In this document: in pieces, positions 1 to 9,428 of the stretch | How positions within the stretch are numbered: the stretch's first letter is position 1 | Layout: the number at the start of each line of letters is the position of its first letter | NCBI GenBank assembly: GCA_038221545.1 | Contig: JBBRIE010000001.1 | Coordinates: 1 to 49,818 of the forward strand | Reading direction: 5' to 3' | DNA from: Lysobacterales bacterium | Lineage (GTDB): Bacteria > Pseudomonadota > Gammaproteobacteria > Xanthomonadales > Ahniellaceae | DNA: 49,818 nucleotides | Made by a program: the position numbers and the translations under genes | The notes under the pieces: generated by a model | The model's input: the letters and a program-made list of their open reading frames with translations, nothing else | The model's database searches: none | What the model was told of the DNA's origin: nothing

Positions 1-309
1 ACCCGGCTGCGTGGTGCCGTCGATCACGGCGGCCCCGCCGTTGAAGACCACAAAGCCTGCGCCCGCCGGCGTGATCGTGCAAACACCGGTGGCCGCCACG
101 CAGCCCGCATCGGACATCGGAATATTGAAGTTGACGTTGTCGAGGCCCGCGGCGCTGTTCGCCGCGGCAATCGCCCCACGCAGCGAACAGTCATTGGCGG
201 CGGCGGTGCAGGCAGATAGCGAGACGTCCGAAGTCGTATCGACCACGAACGTGGCGGCGTGCGCGGCATTCGCGCCCAGCAGCAGAAAGAGCAGCATGTA
301 AGCTCGCAT
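1..309 (-). CDS. Secreted protein, N-terminal fragment with CSLREA-type motif (partial; continues past the window start)
   Basis: Own translation of the minus strand from ATG at 309..307 gives MRAYMLLFLLLGANAAHA/ATFVVDTTSDVSLSACTAAANDCSLRGAIAAANSAAGLDNVNFNIPMSDAGCVAATGVCTITPAGAGFVVFNGGAAVIDGTTQPG. The frame is open to base 1. It has a signal peptide followed by a TTSD...CSLRxAI motif typical of N-termini of large beta-helix exoproteins. It is absent from the ORF track because no stop lies inside the window. Confidence 0.55.
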   Translation of the reverse strand, partial: MRAYMLLFLLLGANAAHAATFVVDTTSDVSLSACTAAANDCSLRGAIAAANSAAGLDNVNFNIPMSDAGCVAATGVCTITPAGAGFVVFNGGAAVIDGTTQPG

Positions 310-676
310 CACGGAGTGCTCCAGTGGAGAAGTTCTTCTCAAATAACCCCAACTTGCGAACGAACCCGCCAGACGCGTTGTGCGGCGTCTGGCTGTCACG
401 TCCGAAAGCTGCCTGTCGCCGCACGGCTTCGCCCTGACCGCCGACGACGAGCAGCGCTCTCAGCATGCTCGCGCTGGCGGCCGGCGAGCTCGCCCAGGAG
501 TATTTTGCGGCGTGGCGGCGTGCCAACACCGCATTGGCGACTGCTCTCTGTGCGACCGTCTGTTGACAGTCGATCGCGATCGGCGTCGCCCCCCGTTGGG
601 GCCAGCGCACGGCGGTCGCGCATTCGCAGCTGCGTCGCTTCGATTCGAAAGATCGGACGGGTAGTACGCTCTGCGC

Positions 677-1243
677 ATGAAATCGCGCATCGCCGTACAG
701 GAAGGCGACATCACGACGCTTGCGGTGGACGCGATCGTCAATGCGGCCGACCAGGCGCTGCTGGGCGGCGGCGGTGTCGACGGCGCGATCCATCGTGCGG
801 CGGGGCCCGCACTGCTGCGCGCCTGCCGGGAACTGCCCGAAGCGTCTGCCGGCGTGCGCTGCCCCACCGGCGAGGCGCGGATGACGCCCGGCTTTGCGCT
901 GCCCGCCCCTTTCGTGATCCACACGGTCGGGCCGATCTGGCAAGGCGGCGGCAAGGGCGAAGCGGACCTGCTCGCGCGTTGCCATCGGTCCGCGCTGGCA
1001 TTGGCCGCGCAGCACAAGTTGGCCAGCATCGCGTTCCCCGCGATCTCGTGCGGGATCTATGGTTACCCGCTGGCGCAGGCCGTCGCGATAGCGGTGCGCG
1101 AGGTGCGAGTGTGGCTCGACGCCAACATACTGCCCGGGCGCGTGGTCTTCTGCGCTTTCGGCGCAGCGGCTGGAAACGCGTATCGCTCGGCACTGGGAGA
1201 GTCACGATCGACCCGTGAATCGGACGCGAGTCTCGACCGATGA
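677..1243 (+). CDS. ymdB: Macro-domain protein (O-acetyl-ADP-ribose deacetylase, YmdB-like)
   Basis: 188-aa ORF with [14 protein letters not shown]...[16 protein letters not shown]...[13 protein letters not shown], the canonical macro-domain motifs. Its stop overlaps the next start (ATGA). Confidence 0.85.
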   Translation: MKSRIAVQEGDITTLAVDAIVNAADQALLGGGGVDGAIHRAAGPALLRACRELPEASAGVRCPTGEARMTPGFALPAPFVIHTVGPIWQGGGKGEADLLARCHRSALALAAQHKLASIAFPAISCGIYGYPLAQAVAIAVREVRVWLDANILPGRVVFCAFGAAAGNAYRSALGESRSTRESDASLDR

Positions 1244-2931
1244 TCGCCTGGCTCGAGGCGCGGCGCGCAGGTCTGCTGCGACGCGAGCACTGGTTGCGCA
1301 ACGCCATGGCAGGGCTGGTGGTCGGCGTGGTCGCGCTGCCGCTGGCGATGGCGTTCGCGATCGCGTCCGGCGCGAAGCCCGAGCAGGGCATCTACACCGC
1401 GATCGTCGCGGGCGTCGTGGTCTCGATTGCAGGCGGCAGCCGCTTCCAGATCGCGGGGCCGACCGGCGCCTTCATCGTGATCCTCGCCGCGGTGACGGCC
1501 GAGCACGGCATCGAAGGCCTGCAGATCGCCACGTTGATGGCGGGCGTGATGCTGCTGCTGTTTGGAATCGCGCGCGTCGGCGCCGCGATCAAGTTCATTC
1601 CCGCCCCGGTCATCCTTGGATTCACGGCCGGCATCGCGGTCATCATCTTCGTCGGGCAATGGGAGGCGTTCTTCGGTCTCACCCACATTGCCGGCGAGCA
1701 CTTTCATGACAAGCTCGCGAACATCATCGCGGCGCTGCCTCACCTGAATCCCGCGACCACCGCGCTGGCGGCGGGGTCCCTGGCCATTTTGCTGGTGATG
1801 CCGCGGGTACCGGTGATTGGAAAGATACCGGCTCCGTTGATCGCCTTGGTGGCCGCGACGTGCGTGCAGGCCGCCGCACATTTCGACGGTGTCGCAACTA
1901 TTGGTTCCGCGTTCGGCGGCGTCCCGCAGGGGTTGCCGGGCTTTGCGCTCCCGCACTTTTCCGTGAGCAGGGTGCTGGAACTCCTCGGCCCGGCTTTCAC
2001 CATTGCGATGCTCGGCGCAATCGAGTCGCTGCTCTCGGCAGTGGTGGCGGACGGCATGACGGGCACGCGGCACGATTCGAACCAGGAACTGATAGGGCAA
2101 GGTCTCGCCAACATCGCGGCACCATTGTTCGGTGGCTTCGCGGCGACAGGCGCGCTCGCGCGCACCGCCACCAATGTACGCAATGGCGGCAACAGTCCAA
2201 TCGCCGGCATCGTGCATGCGGCGGTGCTGGTGCTGGTGCTGGTGTCGCTCGCGCCGCTGGCCGTGCACATCCCGCTGGCGGTGCTCGCGGCGATCCTGTT
2301 CGTGGTCGCGTGGAACATGAGCGAGGCCAGGCACTTCGTGCGCATGCTACGGCGCGCGCCGCGTGCCGACGTGGTCATCCTGCTGGTGACGTTCGGGCTC
2401 ACGGTGTTCGCCGACCTGGTGATCGCGGTCAACATCGGGGTGATCCTTGCCATGCTGCAATTCATGCGGCGCATGGCGTCGAGCGTTGCAGTCACGCAGG
2501 CGACCGGCGCGGAACTCCAGAATGCGCTGGCGTTGCGCGGCCAATCCTTGCCCGAAGGCGTGGTGGTGTTCACCGTCAGTGGACCGCTGTTCTTCGGCGC
2601 GGTCGAGAACTTCGATCGCGCGCTGGCGCATACGCACACCGATCCCAAAGCCGTGATCGTGCGCATGGATGGCATACCCTTTATCGATATCACGGGCATG
2701 CAGAGCCTGGAGGAAGCCATCGGCGATTTGCAGAAGCGCGGCGTACGCGTGGTCCTGGCAGGAGCCAATCCGCGCGTCGCCGCCAAGCTTCGACGCGCGG
2801 GCGTGATCCGCCTCGTCGGGCCAAGCAATTTCGTCGACGACCTTGTAGAGGCGGTCGCGGTGCTGGAACCCAGCAGCGAAGATCCTGCGGTCGTTTCACC
2901 GCATTTGCAGGTGCAGCGCAAACCGCGATAA
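1240..2931 (+). CDS. SulP-family anion transporter with C-terminal STAS domain
   Basis: 563 aa with many TM segments. N-terminal [21 protein letters not shown] is a SulP signature. The C-terminal part ([18 protein letters not shown]...[11 protein letters not shown]) is STAS-like. Confidence 0.9.
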   Translation: MIAWLEARRAGLLRREHWLRNAMAGLVVGVVALPLAMAFAIASGAKPEQGIYTAIVAGVVVSIAGGSRFQIAGPTGAFIVILAAVTAEHGIEGLQIATLMAGVMLLLFGIARVGAAIKFIPAPVILGFTAGIAVIIFVGQWEAFFGLTHIAGEHFHDKLANIIAALPHLNPATTALAAGSLAILLVMPRVPVIGKIPAPLIALVAATCVQAAAHFDGVATIGSAFGGVPQGLPGFALPHFSVSRVLELLGPAFTIAMLGAIESLLSAVVADGMTGTRHDSNQELIGQGLANIAAPLFGGFAATGALARTATNVRNGGNSPIAGIVHAAVLVLVLVSLAPLAVHIPLAVLAAILFVVAWNMSEARHFVRMLRRAPRADVVILLVTFGLTVFADLVIAVNIGVILAMLQFMRRMASSVAVTQATGAELQNALALRGQSLPEGVVVFTVSGPLFFGAVENFDRALAHTHTDPKAVIVRMDGIPFIDITGMQSLEEAIGDLQKRGVRVVLAGANPRVAAKLRRAGVIRLVGPSNFVDDLVEAVAVLEPSSEDPAVVSPHLQVQRKPR

Positions 2932-2995
2932 CAGCCTCGCTCGCCACGTCACTCGCAATGGCGCGTCGCACTCGATATCGCGCCTCGCTGCGCTC

Positions 2996-4018
2996 CTACA
3001 ATCCTGGCGAGGGTCGGGGGGCGACGACGCCGCCACGCAGTTGCCAGGTGGTGAGGCGCGCGAGGCCCTCGGCGAAATTGACGCGGGGCTTGTAGCCGAG
3101 GTCGCGCTTCGCGGCGGTGAGGTTGAACCAGTGCGCGGTCGACAACTGCTCCGCGATGAAGCGCGTCATCGGCGGCTCGCCGCCGAGCCGGAACACGCGC
3201 CACGCGCCCTCCAGCACGACGCCGAGCGCGTGCGCGGTGCGCCGGGAAATGCAGCGCGTCTCGGTGGGCGCGGCGGCGGTGCGCAGCAGCGCGTTGACCA
3301 CGTCCATGATCGGCATCGGCTGGTTCTGCGTGAGGAAATACGCATGGCCCGAACAGGCCGCACCGACGTCGAGGCGGTCGAGCGCCGCGAGGTGCGCGTC
3401 CACCGCGTTGTCGATGAAAATCGTGTCGATGCGGTTCTGGCCGTCGCCCACGAAGCGCAGGCGTCCCGCGCGCGCGCGCGCGACCAGCCGCGGCAACAAG
3501 TGGTTGTCGCCCGGCCCCCAGATCAGGTGCGGGCGCAGTGCCACGGTCGCGAGCGTGGCGCCGTTGGCCGCGAGCACGCGCTTCTCCGCGATCGACTTGG
3601 TCGCCGGATAGTGCGCGTGGTAGCGCTCGGGATACGGCGCCGACTCGTCGACGCCTTCCAGGTCGCGGCCCGCGTGCACGACTGCGGGCGACGAGGTGTA
3701 CACGAGCCGGCGGATATCGTTCATGTCGCAGGCGGCCAGCACATTGTCGGTGCCGGCGACGTTGGTGGAATAGAAGTCCTCGATCCTGCCCCAGGCGCCG
3801 GCCTTGGCCGCGGTGTGCACGATCGCGTCGACGCCGAGACTCGCCTCGATGACTGCGTCGAGATTGGCGATGTCGCCCGCGAACTGCTCGACACCGAGCG
3901 CGGACAGCATGGGCGATGGCGTTCGCGACAGGCCGCGCACTTCGTCGCCGCGTGCGCGCAAGGCGCGGCAGACGGCCGCCCCGAGGAAGCCGGTGCTGCC
4001 GGTGACGAGGACCTTCAT
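2996..4018 (-). CDS. NAD-dependent epimerase/dehydratase (3-beta-hydroxysteroid dehydrogenase family)
   Basis: The track ORF 2996..4510 is over-extended. The real start is probably ATG at 4018 (MKVLVTGSTGFLGAAV, a Rossmann GxxGxxG motif). YxxxK is present as YPATK. Confidence 0.85.
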   Translation of the reverse strand: MKVLVTGSTGFLGAAVCRALRARGDEVRGLSRTPSPMLSALGVEQFAGDIANLDAVIEASLGVDAIVHTAAKAGAWGRIEDFYSTNVAGTDNVLAACDMNDIRRLVYTSSPAVVHAGRDLEGVDESAPYPERYHAHYPATKSIAEKRVLAANGATLATVALRPHLIWGPGDNHLLPRLVARARAGRLRFVGDGQNRIDTIFIDNAVDAHLAALDRLDVGAACSGHAYFLTQNQPMPIMDVVNALLRTAAAPTETRCISRRTAHALGVVLEGAWRVFRLGGEPPMTRFIAEQLSTAHWFNLTAAKRDLGYKPRVNFAEGLARLTTWQLRGGVVAPRPSPGL

Positions 4019-4161
4019 CGAGACGCTCTTATGCGCATTCGCCGCAAACTCGCGTTGCGGTGCTGCGCGCCATCTCGCTTCGCGCGCCGCCTTCGCTTCG
4101 CTTGGGCGCAAGCGGCGCACTTTCGCCCCGCAGGTAGAAGGGTCAAGCGTTGCATCTCGGA

Positions 4162-4809
4162 TTACACGCGGTAGGCGACGAAGCGCATGACGTTGGCGGC
4201 AGCGGCCATGAGCGCGGGCACCGGCCAGGGCAGGCGCGACGCACCGCGCGCATCGGCAGCCTCGGCGTGCGCAGCTTCGTCCTGCTTCATTTGCGCGAGC
4301 ACGGCGCGGCTGCGCGCGTCCGACGGCGGCAGGCGCTTCAGATGTTCGTGCAGGTGCGCCTCGACCTGGCGTTCGGTCTCGACCACGAAGCCGAGGCTGC
4401 GCCGGTCGTCGCCGAGCGCGGCCAATGCGCCGATCGCGAAGCTGCCGGCGAACCAGAGGGGATTGAGCAGGCTCGGCCTGTCCTCGAGCGCATCGAGGCG
4501 CGACGCGCACCAGGCCAGGTGCTCGCCTTCCTCATCGGCGGCGTCGAGCAGGTGCGCACGCGTATCGGGATCGCGCGCGAGTGCCGCCTGCCCGAGGTAG
4601 AGCGCCTGGGCGCACACCTCGCCCACATGGTTGACTCGCATGAGTCCCGCGGCGTGCCGGCGCTCGGCCTCGTCGAGCACGCCCTCGGCCTTGCCGGCGG
4701 CAGGATCCACGCGCCGGGGCGCAGGCGCCGGACCGAAAGTGGTGGCGAGCGCACGCTGCAGGCCGCTCAACAGGCGGTCGGTGGTGTCGAACTGGCGGGT
4801 TTCCTTCAT
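4162..4809 (-). CDS. coq7: Demethoxyubiquinone hydroxylase Coq7 (di-iron carboxylate)
   Basis: 215 aa with repeated ExxH iron ligands (EEGEH, DEAAH) plus [12 protein letters not shown] and [10 protein letters not shown], typical of Coq7. The start overlaps the upstream stop (ATGA). Confidence 0.9.
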   Translation of the reverse strand: MKETRQFDTTDRLLSGLQRALATTFGPAPAPRRVDPAAGKAEGVLDEAERRHAAGLMRVNHVGEVCAQALYLGQAALARDPDTRAHLLDAADEEGEHLAWCASRLDALEDRPSLLNPLWFAGSFAIGALAALGDDRRSLGFVVETERQVEAHLHEHLKRLPPSDARSRAVLAQMKQDEAAHAEAADARGASRLPWPVPALMAAAANVMRFVAYRV

Positions 4810-6053
4810 GCGGGCGATTCTCGCAGCGACAGCGCCAGCAGGGTAATCGGATGTATCACCGGCGCCTCGACCGCGGCGTCTGCCAACCCCGCGGCGAGGT
4901 GCAGTCGGCAGCCGATGTTGGTGGTCAGCACGCGCGCGGGCCTGAGGGCGCCGATCTGCGCGACGCGTTCGGTGCGCAGCGCGTTCGCGATCCGTGGGTG
5001 GTCGGCGAAGTAGGTGCCAGCCGCACCGCAGCAGGCAGGCTCCTCGGGCAGGCGCTCGATCGCGAGCGCTGGAATGCGCGCGAGTACGCGCCGCAGCGCG
5101 GCATCCGCGCCTGCCACGTCGCGCTGCGTGCAGGGCAGGTGCAGCACGACGTTGAGCGGCAGCGGAGCGTGCCCGAGCGTCGGCAGGAGTTCATCGCGAT
5201 CCAGGAACGCGAACAGGTCGTCGAACGCGATCGACGCACCGGTGAAGACATGGTCGCGCAGTTGCGCATGGCATCCGGATACCGTGCCGAGCGCCTGCGA
5301 CACGGGCAACGATTGATAGCGGGTGCACGCATCCGCGGCGCGCGCGCCGGCCTCGCGCGCACGGCCGTGGTGGCGATCGAGCGCACCGCAGCAGTGGTCC
5401 TGCGCAGGCATGTGCACGTCGTAACGGAGTCGCGCGAGCACCTCGACAGCCGCGCGCTGCGTGTCCGCGTCGAGGCTGCCGGCCACGCACCCGCGGAACA
5501 GGGCCACGCTGCCCCGACGCGGCCCCATCGCAGGGGTGAAGACCGGTGCCGGGCGGGCGTCCGCGTTGGCGGGCGCGGGCGCGCGCGCGAGCGCTTCGAT
5601 CATCGCGGTCGTGGCCGGGCCGGACCGGAGTGCGCGGCGCAACGGACTGCGCACCACGGCACGCGCAAGCGGCCGCAGTGCGCGCAGCGCCCCGCGGTGC
5701 CGCGTCAGCCAGCGCGCCGCGGTGCGCGGCGCCTGCTCCGGCGCAGGGAACGTCGCGCGGGCGAGATCGATGAGACGGCTGTAGTCGACGTCCGCGGGAC
5801 AGACGCGCGTGCAGGTGCCGCAGTCGAGACAGCGGTCGAGCGCGGCGAGCGCGGTCGGGTCATCGGCTGCGAGCAGGCCGCGCGCCATCGCATCGGCCAC
5901 CGCGATGCGGCCGCGCGGGGAATCCTGCTCGCGCTGCAACACGCGGTAGCTTGGGCAGCGCTCGATGCAGAGTCCGCACTTGACGCACGTATCCGCGATC
6001 GCGCGGATCTCGGCGGCGGCGTCGCTGTCGGCAAAGGTTGCGAGTTCGATCAT
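4806..6053 (-). CDS. (Fe-S)-binding oxidoreductase subunit, GlcF / heterodisulfide-reductase-like
   Basis: 415 aa with two ferredoxin-type clusters ([12 protein letters not shown] and [12 protein letters not shown]) and two CCG-type motifs ([16 protein letters not shown]). Confidence 0.8.
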   Translation of the reverse strand: MIELATFADSDAAAEIRAIADTCVKCGLCIERCPSYRVLQREQDSPRGRIAVADAMARGLLAADDPTALAALDRCLDCGTCTRVCPADVDYSRLIDLARATFPAPEQAPRTAARWLTRHRGALRALRPLARAVVRSPLRRALRSGPATTAMIEALARAPAPANADARPAPVFTPAMGPRRGSVALFRGCVAGSLDADTQRAAVEVLARLRYDVHMPAQDHCCGALDRHHGRAREAGARAADACTRYQSLPVSQALGTVSGCHAQLRDHVFTGASIAFDDLFAFLDRDELLPTLGHAPLPLNVVLHLPCTQRDVAGADAALRRVLARIPALAIERLPEEPACCGAAGTYFADHPRIANALRTERVAQIGALRPARVLTTNIGCRLHLAAGLADAAVEAPVIHPITLLALSLRESPA

Positions 6054-6248
6054 CGCCGGCAGCGTAGTGGAAGGCTCAACCCCGCAGGCGCGACGCGAGT
6101 CGCGACCCCGGTCACCCTTCCCGGGCGGGAGGGATCAAGACCGGCCTCGCCGGTGGTCAACACCTGCGTCGCTCCTGCAGCGTTGGACCCTCGGCAATCG
6201 CGACGTTTGGCGCTTCTGCTGGGGAACGGCCAGCCGCCGGCGCAGCGG

Positions 6249-8063
6249 CTATTCGCCGGCGGCGTTGTCCTCGCGGCTTTCGCTGTCGGCGCGGGCGGTG
6301 ATCCAGGCATCCATGCGCGCTTCCAGCACGGAGAGCGGCACGGAGCCCGAGGCCAGCAGTTCGTCGTGGAACGCGCGCAGGTCGAAGTCTTCACCCAGTG
6401 TCGACTCGGCGCGCGCGCGCAGCGCGCTGATCCTGAGCTGTCCGATCTTGTACGCGAGTGCCTGACCCGGCGTGCCGATGTAGCGGTCGATCTCGTTGAC
6501 GATGTCCTGCTCGGTCTTGGGCGCGTTGTCCTTGAAGTAGGCGATCGCGCGGTCGCGGCTCCAGCCCTTCGCATGCAGTCCGGTGTCGACCACCAGCCGC
6601 ACCGCGCGCCACATGTCGTAGGCGAGCTGGCCCATGCGGTCGTACGGATCGTCGTACAAGCCCATGTCGTAGCCAAGCCGTTCCGCGTACAGGCCCCAGC
6701 CTTCGGAGTACGCGGTGAAGTACGCGGTGCGCCGGAACATCGGCAGCTCCGGCTGCTCGAGCGCGAGCGCGAACTGAAGGTGATGGCCCGGCACCGCCTC
6801 GTGCAGCGACAAAGGCATCATTTCCCAGATCGGTCGCGTCGAAGGCTTGTACAGGTTCACGTAGTAGTAGCCGGCGCGGCTGCCGTCGGCGGCGGCGCCG
6901 CTGTAGTACGCGGTGGTGGTGTCGGGTGCGGTGCTGTCGGGGATCGGCACCACGCCATAGGGCGTGCGTGGCAGCTTGCCGAACACCTTCACCAGCTCCG
7001 GGTCGATGCGCCGCGTGAGCGCGCGGTAAGCCGTCAGCAACGCCTCCGGCGTCGCGTGGAAGAACTTCGGATCGGTGCGCAGGTGCACGAAGAAGGCGGC
7101 GAGATCGCCGTCAAACTTCACCTCCTTGCGGATCTTCTCCATCTCGCCGCGGATGCGCGCGACTTCCCGGAGGCCGATCGCGTGGATCTCGTCCGCGCCG
7201 AGCGAAGTGGTGGTGTAACTGCGCGCCAGGTATTCGTAGTACGCGCGGCCGTCCGGCAATTCGCCAGCGGCCACGGATTCGCGCGTCTTCGGGAAATACT
7301 CGTCGTTGAAGAACGCCTGGAAGCGCTTGAGCGCCGGCAGCACCACGTCCTCGACTGCGGCGCGGCCGTCGGCGCGCAGTGTCGCCTGGTCCGCGGCCGG
7401 GATTGACGACGGCATTTTTGAGAAGGGCGCATAGAAACTGCTGGCTTCGGGGCTGGCGCCGGCCTGCTCGGCGATTTGCGCCGGCACGCGGCTCATGATC
7501 GCGCGCGGCGGCGTCCAGCCACTGCGCATGCCCTCGCGCATCAGCGCGATGGTCTGGTCGGTCAGCACTCCGTACGCGCGCAGCCGCGCGGTCCAGTCGC
7601 GGTAGTCCTTCGCCGTCGCGAACGGCAGCACCTGCATGGCGGAAACCGCGAACGAGTGGATGCCGCCCTGGTGGTCGACGGGCATCCACTCGGTATGGAA
7701 CGCGTAACCGGCGATCGCGTCCTGAAGCAGCGTGCGATAGATGTCGTAGTCGAGTTGGTCATCCTCCGCCAGGGCGTCGCGGTCGATCCCTTCGAGCGTC
7801 GCGAGCGACGCACGCACCGCCGCCTGCTGAGACTTGATGGCGTCGGGGCTGCGGTCGGGGAGTCGATCGTTGTAGCGCGAGTCGCCGTAGTAGCTCGCGG
7901 TCATCGGGCTCTCGCGCAGCTGGCGTTGCCAGTCGGCTTCGAACAGCGCCTCGAGGCGCTGCGTTTCGATTCCCGACCGCGTGTTTGCAGGCTTGCTGGC
8001 CGCGCCCAGCGCCGGGCTGAGCACGAGCAGAACGAGTGCAAGCAGGAAGGCGTGGCGATTCAT
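6249..8063 (-). CDS. DUF885-family secreted protein (metallopeptidase-like HExxH-type motif)
   Basis: The track ORF extends to 8261. The likely start is ATG at 8063 (MNRHAFLLALVLLVLSPALGAAS, a signal peptide). LHEAVPGHHLQ and the overall layout are typical of DUF885. Confidence 0.8.
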   Translation of the reverse strand: MNRHAFLLALVLLVLSPALGAASKPANTRSGIETQRLEALFEADWQRQLRESPMTASYYGDSRYNDRLPDRSPDAIKSQQAAVRASLATLEGIDRDALAEDDQLDYDIYRTLLQDAIAGYAFHTEWMPVDHQGGIHSFAVSAMQVLPFATAKDYRDWTARLRAYGVLTDQTIALMREGMRSGWTPPRAIMSRVPAQIAEQAGASPEASSFYAPFSKMPSSIPAADQATLRADGRAAVEDVVLPALKRFQAFFNDEYFPKTRESVAAGELPDGRAYYEYLARSYTTTSLGADEIHAIGLREVARIRGEMEKIRKEVKFDGDLAAFFVHLRTDPKFFHATPEALLTAYRALTRRIDPELVKVFGKLPRTPYGVVPIPDSTAPDTTTAYYSGAAADGSRAGYYYVNLYKPSTRPIWEMMPLSLHEAVPGHHLQFALALEQPELPMFRRTAYFTAYSEGWGLYAERLGYDMGLYDDPYDRMGQLAYDMWRAVRLVVDTGLHAKGWSRDRAIAYFKDNAPKTEQDIVNEIDRYIGTPGQALAYKIGQLRISALRARAESTLGEDFDLRAFHDELLASGSVPLSVLEARMDAWITARADSESREDNAAGE

Positions 8064-8294
8064 GCGGAAACTCCGGAGTGGCGGTGCGTGCGAACCCACC
8101 CATCTTCCCTCGTTCCGCCCTGCGCTGCAGCGCCACGGGCGAACACCCCTTTCCGCGTCTGGGACACGGGGCACGGGGCATCGATGGCTGGTGACGACGA
8201 TGCCCTCCGTCCAAGACCTTTGTGTTGGACAGGGTCGTTGCGGGCGTGGTCCGACCAACATCCAGTCTGTGACGCGCGCTCAATGGATTGCTCG

Positions 8295-8316
8295 CTTGTA
8301 CAACTTTCCGTACAAG
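8295..8316. promoter_or_regulatory. Candidate YefM operator: perfect inverted repeat CTTGTAC-N8-GTACAAG
   Basis: The repeat ends 8 nt upstream of the yefM ATG. It contains the TGTACA core known from the E. coli yefM-yoeB operator palindromes. Confidence 0.5.
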
Positions 8317-8323
8317 TCCGGAC

Positions 8324-8842
8324 ATGCGAACCCTGGCGTTTTCCGACGCGCGCAACAACCTGAAGGACCTGCTTGACCGGGTCACGGAGGACCATGTCGC
8401 GACGATCATCAAACGCCGCGATGCCGAAGACGCGGTCGTGATGTCGCTCAGCGACTACAACGCCATGCAGGAAACGATGTACCTGCTCAGCACGCCAGCC
8501 AATGCGCGGCATCTCATGGGATCGATCGCGCAGCTGCGTGGGATTCAGGTCGCGCCTCGTCTGTCGCGCCACGCCGGCAGCGATCGAGTTCGTGGCCTGC
8601 CGCTTCCGCTACGGCGACCGGTGATTGTTACCTCAGGAGCCAGCCTTGCCCGCGTGACCCGCCCGGCAAGGATTGTGTCAATCGTGCCTTCAGCGGTAGG
8701 TGACGGCTGCCGGGCCGTGGGGCTCGAGCCAGCCGAAATCATTGAGGGTGACGACGCGCAGCGCATCGCCTTCGACTGCGAAGCGGGTGATGCCGACGTT
8801 CGCGAGGCCGAGGTTGAGCGGGAACACGCCCGCATCGGGTAG
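8324..8842 (+). CDS. yefM: Phd/YefM-family antitoxin: N-terminal ~72 codons intact, native C-terminus replaced by read-through
   Basis: MRTLAFSDARNNLKDLLDRVTEDHVATIIKRRDAEDAVVMSLSDYNAMQETMYLLSTPANARHLMGSIAQLRG aligns along its length with E. coli YefM. After about 8540 the frame runs through unrelated sequence to 8842 and overlaps the convergent gene at 8690..9385. The start is taken at ATG 8324, not the track start 8288. Confidence 0.7.
   Translation: MRTLAFSDARNNLKDLLDRVTEDHVATIIKRRDAEDAVVMSLSDYNAMQETMYLLSTPANARHLMGSIAQLRGIQVAPRLSRHAGSDRVRGLPLPLRRPVIVTSGASLARVTRPARIVSIVPSAVGDGCRAVGLEPAEIIEGDDAQRIAFDCEAGDADVREAEVEREHARIG
8541..8624 (+). pseudogene. yoeB: YoeB/Txe-family toxin remnant (C-terminal ~27 codons only)
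   Basis: Own translation in the +1 frame relative to yefM gives GFRSRLVCRATPAAIEFVACRFRYGDR*. Compare the E. coli YoeB C-terminus GFWSRRITEEHRLVYAVTDDSLLIAACRYHY*. No N-terminal two-thirds of the toxin exists. Confidence 0.6.
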
Positions 8843-9385
8843 CGCGGCGGCAAGTGCGCAGGCGGTCGCGATCACGCCGCCGGAAGTCAGCACCAGCGCG
8901 TCGCCGCGCGTGTCGCGCATCTGCTCCACCATGCCCCGCAACGCGCGCGCGACCCGATCCCGGAAATCCGGCCAGGTCTCGTGGTACTCGTGTTCGAAAT
9001 CCCCGCCCTGCCAGCGCGACAGCGCGTGCTGGAACATGCGCAGGAACGCGCGCTCGGGCGCGGTCTCCGCCGCCAGCGCGCGGCGCAATGCTGCGATGTT
9101 CTCGTGCTCGGGTGCGTGCGCGCGCAACAGCGCGACCGCGTCGATCTCGTCCCAGTCTGCATCGACCATCGCAATGGCCGGCGCCTCGAGCTCGGCCAGT
9201 GCCAGCGACAGCGTGTCGCGCTGGCGGTTGAGCGTGCCCGAACACGCGAGCGCCGGCGCGAAGCCGCGCGCGCGCAGGTTGAGGCCGAGCAGCCGCGCCT
9301 GCTCGCGCCCGTGCGTCGACAGGCAGTCGTAGTCGTCGGCGTCGATCGACGCCTGCGCGTGGCGAACCAGCCAGAGCTGGCTCAT
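8690..9385 (-). CDS. Histidine phosphatase (phosphoglycerate-mutase superfamily)
   Basis: 231 aa. LWLVRHAQ carries the catalytic RHA motif, followed by LSTHGREQA and a later TSGGV segment. Confidence 0.85.
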   Translation of the reverse strand: MSQLWLVRHAQASIDADDYDCLSTHGREQARLLGLNLRARGFAPALACSGTLNRQRDTLSLALAELEAPAIAMVDADWDEIDAVALLRAHAPEHENIAALRRALAAETAPERAFLRMFQHALSRWQGGDFEHEYHETWPDFRDRVARALRGMVEQMRDTRGDALVLTSGGVIATACALAAALPDAGVFPLNLGLANVGITRFAVEGDALRVVTLNDFGWLEPHGPAAVTYR

Positions 9386-9428
9386 CGGTGCACTCGCGGC
9401 CTAGAGTCGGCTGCTGACACTTCATCCA

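Noticed and set aside
4851-7406. 851-aa plus-strand ORF. Similar long antisense ORFs include 28111..30897, 12755..14737, 17045..19222, 41262..43163, 10076..11803 and 32719..35013.
   Set aside because: All lie antisense to genes with strong family signatures and have no motifs of their own. They show the R/A/G/H/D-rich composition expected from stop-codon depletion in GC-rich sequence.
8690-8842. The 150-nt overlap between the extended yefM ORF and the convergent histidine-phosphatase gene, as a functional antisense arrangement.
   Set aside because: The overlap is best explained as accidental read-through after the deletion that removed the native yefM stop. The extended part has no recognisable domain.
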